64,000 nt of DNA from the NCBI GenBank assembly GCA_902560045.1, contig CACEKJ010000004.1:12224-76223 (forward strand). The letters are read 5' to 3'. The position numbers and the translations under genes were made by a program. The DNA is from an uncultured Bacteroidota bacterium (lineage in GTDB: Bacteria; Bacteroidota; Bacteroidia; Flavobacteriales; Flavobacteriaceae). The first letter of the stretch is position 1. The number at the start of each line of letters is the position of its first letter. The notes beneath the pieces were generated by a model. That model was not told the origin of the DNA, did no database searches, and was given only the letters and a program-made list of their open reading frames with translations. This document shows positions 56,562 to 64,000 of this stretch, piece by piece.

Positions 56562-59354
56562 ATGAGAACAATTCTTAAGATTTTAATAATGTTAGTTGGT
56601 GTTTTTAGTTACGCTCAAACTACTGTTTCTGGTAGTGTAACTGACAAAAATGACCAGCCATTATCTGGAGCAACAATTATTGTTGTTGGAACATCAAATG
56701 GTGTTGCAGCTGATTTTGACGGTAATTATTCGATTACTGTTGATATGGATGCTCCATTTAGTATCGAAGCAAGTAGTGTTGGATTTACAGCTGCTACAGT
56801 TGAAGTAACAGGTACATCGACTGTGAATATTGTATTAGAAGACAATACAGCTTTAGATGAAGTTGTTGTTTCTGCTTCTAGAACTCCTCAAAGAGTTTTC
56901 GAATCACCAGTTACAATTGAAAGATTCGGTACAAAAGACATCAGAACAACTGCTTCTGCAGATTTTTATGATGGTTTAGAAAACTTAAAGGGTGTAGATA
57001 TAAATGTAAACAGTTTCACATTTAAATCTATTAACACTAGAGGTTTTGCAACATTTGCTAATACTAGATTCGTACAGTTAGTAGATGGTATGGACAACTC
57101 TGCTCCTGCACTTAATTTCCCATTAGGAAACTTACTTGGAATGGTAGAAACAGATGTTCTTAATGTAGAATTAGTACCAGGTACTTCTTCTGCACTTTAT
57201 GGTGCAAATGCCTTTAATGGAATTCTATTAATGAATAGTAAAAATCCTTTTGATCACCAAGGAGTTAGTGGTCAATACAAAAGAGGGATCACTTCACAAG
57301 ATGCTGCTGGAGATAATCAATTCCAAGATGTTCAAATCAGATGGGGACACAAATTCAGCGACAAACTTGCGATGAAAGTTAATTTTGGTTATTTAATCGG
57401 AACTGACTGGATTGCAAATAGTGAGGCAGACAAATTAAATAGAACTGTATTCCCAGGAGATTATAACCACGATGGTATTAACATCTATGGTGATGAGGTA
57501 GCAACAAGTATTTATAGTGTTGCTCAGACTATGGTTCAATTAGGTCTATTACCTGCTGGTGCTGAAGCACTAGTTCCTAATGAAGTTGTAAGCAGAACAG
57601 GTTACAATGAAATGGATATGGCAGAGCCAGAGGCTACAAGTAAAAAAGCTGACTGGGGTGTATACTACAGACCTGTAGAAGGAAGTAATCTTGAATTATC
57701 ATACGTTGGAAAATGGGGTACTGGTAAAACTTTATACCAAGGTATTAACAGATACGCTATCAAAAACTTTACAATGAATCAGCACAAACTTGAAGTTACT
57801 AATGACAACTGGTTTGTAAGAGGATATGTTGTTGAAGATGATGCGGGAGATTCTTATGATATGACATTCGCTGCAATTAATGTAAACAGAAGATGGAAGC
57901 CAGATCTTAACTGGTTTGCTGAATATGTAGGTGGTATTGTTAACGGTCAATTGGCTGGACTAAATATTGATCAAGCTCACGCGTTGGCAAGACAAACTGC
58001 AGACACTGGAAGATGGTTGCCAGGATCTGAAGAATTTAATGCAAATTTAGCTGAAGTAATTCAAGATCCAGATTTAACAACGGGTGCTAGATTTACCGAT
58101 AATTCTAAATTCTATCACTTAGACTACAACTATAACTTTGGTCACATGTGGGATTGGGCAGAAGTACAAGTTGGTGGATCTGCAAGAATGTATTCACTTA
58201 ACTCTGGTGGAACAATCTTTACAGATGTTGACGGACCAATTGAATACCAAGAAATGGGATTCTATTCACAAGCCGTTAAGAAAATGTTTGATGACAGACT
58301 TGTTCTTACAGGTGCAATCAGATATGATAAGTCAGAATACTTTGATGGACAGTTCTCACCAAGAGGTGTATTAAGTTATACTGCAGGTGAATATAAGAAT
58401 CACAACTTCAGAGTTTCTTATCAAACAGGATTTAGAACTCCAACTACACAAGACTTATTTATCGGTCTAGACGCTGGTCAAGCAAGATTAGTTGGATCTG
58501 CTGAAGGTAACCCTGAAAGATATATCAGAGATTACAATATTAGTGCTGCTGGACAAGCATTAGGAATTCCAGCAAGTGTTACTATTAGTGGTGCTGCTGC
58601 ATATAATAATGCATATGAGGCTAGTTCTGTTCAAGCTTTTGCTGCTGCGGGTAATCCTGCACTTCTTAGCGTAGCCGATGTTGACTATGTTAAGCCTGAA
58701 CAAATGCAATCAATGGAGTTTGGTTATAGAGGAAAATTATCTAGAACCTTTACAATTGATGCTGCAGTTTATAGAAATGATTTCCAAGATTTCATTAATA
58801 CTCAGGTAGTACTTTCTCCACTTTATGGAGAAGTAGGTGACGGTGGATTATCTGTGTTAGCAATGGCTAATGGAGACTTTGAAACTTGGAGCTCATACAC
58901 TAATTCTCCTGCAGAAATTTCTTCTTGGGGAATGGCAATAGGAATGGCTACTAAGATCTTTGGAAACTTTGATCTATCTGCTAACTACACAAAATCTAAA
59001 CTAGAGTTTGAACAATCACTTTATCCAGACTTTAGAACAAACTGGAATACACCTGAGCACAAGATCAAAGCTCAATTTGGAAATACAAACCTTTTCAAAA
59101 TCAGTGATAGAACAGTTGGATTTAACGTAGCTTGGAGATACTGGAGTGAGTACTTATGGCAAGCATCTTTCGGAGATGGTATGGTTCCTGAAACTCACGT
59201 AGTTGATGCACAGATTAATTTTACACTTCCTAAGTGGAAGTCAACAGTTAAAATTGGAGCAACTAATATTGGAAATAACGAATACTTTACAGCATTCGGT
59301 TCTGGATTTATTGGAACACAGTATTATGTTTCATGGACTGCTAACAACTTTTAA
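56562..59354 (+). CDS. TonB-dependent receptor with carboxypeptidase-regulatory-like domain (930 aa)
   Basis: Signal peptide ...FSYAQ and the module TVSGSVTDKNDQPLSGATIIVVG...DGNYSI. The plug is VTIERFGTKDI...NTRGFA...VQLVDGMDN, and the barrel ends ...SWTANNF. Codon usage is biased like atpD, suggesting high expression. Confidence 0.9.
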   Translation: MRTILKILIMLVGVFSYAQTTVSGSVTDKNDQPLSGATIIVVGTSNGVAADFDGNYSITVDMDAPFSIEASSVGFTAATVEVTGTSTVNIVLEDNTALDEVVVSASRTPQRVFESPVTIERFGTKDIRTTASADFYDGLENLKGVDINVNSFTFKSINTRGFATFANTRFVQLVDGMDNSAPALNFPLGNLLGMVETDVLNVELVPGTSSALYGANAFNGILLMNSKNPFDHQGVSGQYKRGITSQDAAGDNQFQDVQIRWGHKFSDKLAMKVNFGYLIGTDWIANSEADKLNRTVFPGDYNHDGINIYGDEVATSIYSVAQTMVQLGLLPAGAEALVPNEVVSRTGYNEMDMAEPEATSKKADWGVYYRPVEGSNLELSYVGKWGTGKTLYQGINRYAIKNFTMNQHKLEVTNDNWFVRGYVVEDDAGDSYDMTFAAINVNRRWKPDLNWFAEYVGGIVNGQLAGLNIDQAHALARQTADTGRWLPGSEEFNANLAEVIQDPDLTTGARFTDNSKFYHLDYNYNFGHMWDWAEVQVGGSARMYSLNSGGTIFTDVDGPIEYQEMGFYSQAVKKMFDDRLVLTGAIRYDKSEYFDGQFSPRGVLSYTAGEYKNHNFRVSYQTGFRTPTTQDLFIGLDAGQARLVGSAEGNPERYIRDYNISAAGQALGIPASVTISGAAAYNNAYEASSVQAFAAAGNPALLSVADVDYVKPEQMQSMEFGYRGKLSRTFTIDAAVYRNDFQDFINTQVVLSPLYGEVGDGGLSVLAMANGDFETWSSYTNSPAEISSWGMAIGMATKIFGNFDLSANYTKSKLEFEQSLYPDFRTNWNTPEHKIKAQFGNTNLFKISDRTVGFNVAWRYWSEYLWQASFGDGMVPETHVVDAQINFTLPKWKSTVKIGATNIGNNEYFTAFGSGFIGTQYYVSWTANNF

Positions 59355-59375
59355 TAATATTAAATATTAATAATT

Positions 59376-60836
59376 ATGAAATTTAAATATATATTTTTAT
59401 CTGTTTTATTTTTAGGTCTTATGGCTTGTGAAACAGATGTAGAAAACCCTGGTGCAACTTATCCAGACGCCTATCTAGATATAGATTCTGGTGATGCTGA
59501 TTTTAGCACTTATGTTTCCATGGGTGAAAGTATTACAGCTGGAGTTTCAGACAATTCATTGTTTGCTGCTGCGCAAATGAATTCATACCCAAATATCATG
59601 GCAGGAGTTATGTCAATGGCCGGTGGTGGAGATTTTACTCAGCCATATGTTAACGATAATGTGGGGGGAATTAATGTAGCTGGTGAGCAATTTTGGGGAC
59701 CAAGACTATTTTTTAACGGTGCTGGACCTGCATTTGTTTCAGGTAGTATTACTACTGAAGCTACAAGTGTTGAACCTGGACCGTATTCTAATATGGCAAT
59801 GCCTTACGCTATAGCTGGTTCTTTTGTAGTACCAGGTGTAGGAAGTATGGAAGGTTTGATGGCTGGTCAAGCCAACCCTTGGTATGTAAGAACTGCTTCA
59901 AGTAATGGTGCAACTATGGTTGGTGATGCAATGATGCAACAACCAACATTTGTAACACTTGTTCCAGGAAATGATTTTGCAAGTTACGCTCAATTTGGAG
60001 CTTCAGGATTTCCATTTGGATTTGTTGAATTAGATGGGCCAACTGGAATGTTAGCTGCTGTCGTAGGAACAATTCAAGCATTAAGCTCAACTGTTCCTAA
60101 CGGAGTTATTACAACATTACCAGACCCTACAATGACACCTGACTGGAATACTGTTACTTATGATGCTATTCCTTTGGATCAGGCAACTGCTGACCAACTT
60201 AATGTATTAGTTGCTGCTTACAATGGAGGTCTTGCATTTTTTCAATCTATAGGTGCACTTACAGCTGAAGAAGTAGCGCTAAGAACACTAGCAAATCGTG
60301 TTCCAGGAGCGAATCCAGTATTAATTGCTGATGAAACTTTAACTGACTTGTCAGCATTAGAATTGCCATCATGGAGAGATGCTAATGCAAATGATAAAAT
60401 TTCACTGCAAGCTTCAACCTTTTTAGGACAACCTGTTGATGGAGTAGATCCAAACTCTGGCATATGGGGAGTTTCTGCAGGTTTACCAGACTTTGGTGTT
60501 TTACTTCCTAGTGAAGTTGAAGAGATTCAAACCAAGTTAGCTACAGCAAATGCTGCTATTGCAGGATCTGTTCCTAGTGGATGGGCGTTATTTGATTTAG
60601 CTGCTCTTTATAATGATGTTGTTACAACAGGAGTTATGGAAGATAGTTTCAATATGACAGGAGATTTAGTGTTTGGTGGATTCTTTAGTTTAGATGGATA
60701 CACTCCAACTTCTAGAGGTAGTGCTTTAATTGCTAAAAGAATGATGGAAGCAATTGATGCAACTTGGGGATCAAATCTTTCTGATGCAGGATTAGATATT
60801 GGTCAATATCCAACAAACTATCCTAATGGTTTATAG
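59376..60836 (+). CDS. SGNH/GDSL-hydrolase-like surface lipoprotein with apparently degenerate catalytic motifs
   Basis: Lipobox GLMAC. Block I is GES(52)ITAG instead of GDS, and block III is VPGNDF. Block V reads SLD(440)GYT(443)PTSRGSALIA where the family normally has DGVHPT. It lies 21 bp downstream of the TBDR. Confidence 0.6.
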   Translation: MKFKYIFLSVLFLGLMACETDVENPGATYPDAYLDIDSGDADFSTYVSMGESITAGVSDNSLFAAAQMNSYPNIMAGVMSMAGGGDFTQPYVNDNVGGINVAGEQFWGPRLFFNGAGPAFVSGSITTEATSVEPGPYSNMAMPYAIAGSFVVPGVGSMEGLMAGQANPWYVRTASSNGATMVGDAMMQQPTFVTLVPGNDFASYAQFGASGFPFGFVELDGPTGMLAAVVGTIQALSSTVPNGVITTLPDPTMTPDWNTVTYDAIPLDQATADQLNVLVAAYNGGLAFFQSIGALTAEEVALRTLANRVPGANPVLIADETLTDLSALELPSWRDANANDKISLQASTFLGQPVDGVDPNSGIWGVSAGLPDFGVLLPSEVEEIQTKLATANAAIAGSVPSGWALFDLAALYNDVVTTGVMEDSFNMTGDLVFGGFFSLDGYTPTSRGSALIAKRMMEAIDATWGSNLSDAGLDIGQYPTNYPNGL

Positions 60837-60860
60837 CCTTTAAAAAAACAAACTAAAACA

Positions 60861-60895
60861 AAAAAAAGTCTGGATTAATTCCAGACTTTTTTTTT
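60861..60895 (+). terminator. Rho-independent terminator after the TBDR/lipoprotein pair
   Basis: A-run, then the 8-bp stem AGTCTGGA (60867-60874) / TCCAGACT (60880-60887) with a 5-nt loop, then an 8-nt T-run (60888-60895). Confidence 0.85.
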
Positions 60896-60952
60896 GTTTA
60901 TAATAGTTGATTATTTGTTAAAAAATCTATTGAATATATTTCATAAAAAATC

Positions 60953-60960
60953 TATATTTG
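60953..60960 (+). promoter_or_regulatory. Candidate atpDC promoter (-7 TATATTTG; -33 TTG at 60930-60932)
   Basis: Matches TAnnTTTG with a TTG 20 nt upstream. It lies 43 nt before ATG 61004. Confidence 0.4.
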
Positions 60961-60976
60961 CGACTTATTATTATAA

Positions 60977-62506
<1,530 letters not shown>

Positions 62507-62516
62507 AAAAGGATCA

Positions 62517-62792
62517 ATGATTTTAGAAATAATTTCCCCTGAAAAAATAGTCTTTAACGGTGAGGTTTCATCTGTTGCTGTTCCCGGAGTTGATGGAGAG
62601 TTTGAAATGCTAAATAATCACGCAGCGATTGTTTCAAACCTCAAAAAGGGATCTATTAAAGTTTACGGAGATATCTCTTTAGACGAGTCACAAAAAGAAG
62701 TTTTCAAAAAAGAAGGAAGGGGTTATTTTTATAGTATTAATTCTGGTACTGTTGAAATGAAAAACAATAAAGTTACAGCTCTAGTTGAATAA
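62517..62792 (+). CDS. atpC: F0F1 ATP synthase subunit epsilon (short form)
   Basis: 91 aa whose N-terminal beta-sandwich carries the pattern LEIISPEKIVFNGEVSSVAVPGVDGEFEMLNNHA. It lies directly after atpD. Confidence 0.9.
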   Translation: MILEIISPEKIVFNGEVSSVAVPGVDGEFEMLNNHAAIVSNLKKGSIKVYGDISLDESQKEVFKKEGRGYFYSINSGTVEMKNNKVTALVE

Positions 62793-62798
62793 GTAAGA

Positions 62799-63233
62799 CT
62801 ATAACTTTTTTACAACATTAGTTACTATACCCCAAATAATTAACTCGTTATCATCTTTTATTTCTATGGGTTGATATTTTGAGTTTTCAGGCTGTAACCA
62901 AATTTTTCCTTTTTTAACTCTCAACCTTTTTACTGTAAATTCCCCGTCGATATAACAGACAGCTATCTTATTATTCGATGGTTCTATACTTCTGTCAATA
63001 ATGATTAAATCACCATCCTCTAAACCAGCATTAACCATTGATTCACCAGAAACTCTGGCAAAAAAAGTAGCTTCCTGATTCTTTATCAATTCTTTATCTA
63101 AACTAATCCTCTCTTGTTTGTAATCTCCTGCAGGAGAAGGAAAGCCTGCTGAGATTCCTGTGTTTATCAAAATTGCGTCCAAACCCGTTTCTTTTTTGGG
63201 AATAAAAAAACTTAAGCCATTATTTTTTTTCAT
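62799..63233 (-). CDS. umuD: UmuD-like S24 (LexA-family) self-cleaving peptidase, translesion polymerase accessory subunit
   Basis: 144 aa with the GFPSPAGDY cleavage-region motif, the catalytic Ser in VSGESM and the Lys in FTVKRL. Its start overlaps the umuC-like stop by 4 nt (ATGA). Confidence 0.85.
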   Translation of the reverse strand: MKKNNGLSFFIPKKETGLDAILINTGISAGFPSPAGDYKQERISLDKELIKNQEATFFARVSGESMVNAGLEDGDLIIIDRSIEPSNNKIAVCYIDGEFTVKRLRVKKGKIWLQPENSKYQPIEIKDDNELIIWGIVTNVVKKL

Positions 63234-64000
63234 TTGATCTTAATTATGTCGCTAATCTTAGTGGTATAACTTGGAGATAAGAACTCTTGCTTCATTTTCC
63301 ATTTTTTTGTTAAATCCTGATTCGCTAATTTTATTTTATCACCATACATTAAATTTATACGATCTATTGTTTTCATAAGTGGCTTGTGCCTATAATCTTC
63401 ATTTTCAAAAATACCTAACTGATAATTATCACTAGGCAAAAGACTCGTTACAATTACACCGGCTTTCTTATAACTTATATTGGGCTCAAACATTTCTTCA
63501 ATTGCTTTTAAAGCATAGTTATTTAAAACAAAAGAAGAATTCGTTGGATAAGGAAGTGTAACGACTCTGGAACAGGAGTGTTGTTTTAAATCTTTTCTAA
63601 AAAAATTACTCCTTATAAATACAATCATAATATTTGAAATCGAGTTTTGTCTTCTTAGCTTTTCAGCACAAGACAGCGCAAAGGTTGACACCCTTTCTTT
63701 TAACTTATATAAGTCAGAAACAGGATTGTCAAACGACCGAGTAGTTGCTATGGATTTTTTTGAGGCAAAAGATTCTAAATTCAGATTAGCAATTCCTTTT
63801 AGTTCTTGTTGTATTTTTAGTTCAACAATCGACAAGTTAGACTTAACCCATTTTTCTGGTAAATTAACAAAATCTAAAGCATTTTTACAGCCTACAAGCT
63901 CAAGGCGCCGAGTTAATCTTTTTCCAATACCCCAAATATTATTCAACTTAAAATACCTCAAGGATTTTAGTCTTTTATATTCAGTATCAAGTAAGTAAAC
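63230..64000 (-). CDS. umuC: Y-family DNA polymerase (UmuC-like), C-terminal 256 aa; N-terminus lies beyond the window
   Basis: The reading frame is open to position 64000, so the track 'start' at 63961 is only an internal TTG. It has IWGIGKRL (compare VWGVGRR), SIATTRSF, YKKAGV and the terminal FLSPSYTTKISDIIKIK (compare the E. coli UmuC end MLSPRYTT...). Confidence 0.85.
   Translation of the reverse strand, partial: VYLLDTEYKRLKSLRYFKLNNIWGIGKRLTRRLELVGCKNALDFVNLPEKWVKSNLSIVELKIQQELKGIANLNLESFASKKSIATTRSFDNPVSDLYKLKERVSTFALSCAEKLRRQNSISNIMIVFIRSNFFRKDLKQHSCSRVVTLPYPTNSSFVLNNYALKAIEEMFEPNISYKKAGVIVTSLLPSDNYQLGIFENEDYRHKPLMKTIDRINLMYGDKIKLANQDLTKKWKMKQEFLSPSYTTKISDIIKIK

Noticed and set aside
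63959-63961. Start codon of the UmuC-like gene as given in the ORF track
   Set aside because: It is an internal TTG. The frame stays open to position 64000, and the first ~165 aa of a Y-family polymerase (palm and fingers) are missing, so the gene is truncated by the window, not by biology.

Overview
AT-rich, very gene-dense chromosomal segment. Its gene content and signals point to a marine-type Flavobacteriia (Bacteroidota) genome: type-A and type-B T9SS C-terminal sorting domains, PorP/SprF, four TonB-dependent receptors, TAnnTTTG -7 boxes, a Bacteroidota-type sdhC and a stand-alone atpDC. I call 47 protein genes, two of them cut by the window edges. By eye I found no rRNA, tRNA, CRISPR array, transposase or integrase. 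Most of the window is housekeeping backbone: sdhC, pepP, thiL, a complete SUF Fe-S operon (iscA-like, sufBCDS, sufE, DUF59) with an embedded HMG-CoA synthase and DUF2480, hflX, pgi, uvrC, ileS, radA, panDC, glgA-like, glmS, atpDC and umuC/umuD. Five regions look accessory or deserve a second look. (1) A T9SS type-B locus at 16.3-25.8 kb has two tandem ~1,080-aa cargo genes sharing a base-perfect 1,232-bp N-terminal module, followed by PorP/SprF and an OmpA/TolB-like protein. (2) At 26.2-31.3 kb a TonB-dependent receptor, an OB-fold/choice-of-anchor-J-like lipoprotein and a divergently transcribed secreted EEP nuclease form a putative extracellular nucleic-acid scavenging unit. (3) At 56.6-60.8 kb a TonB-dependent receptor is paired with an SGNH-like lipoprotein whose catalytic residues look degenerate. 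(4) A 59-aa CDGSH iron-sulfur mini-protein at 53782-53961 is absent from the ORF track. (5) A clustered 9-mer, TTGTAACAC, brackets sdhC. All family names come from motif recognition by eye; no database search was possible.
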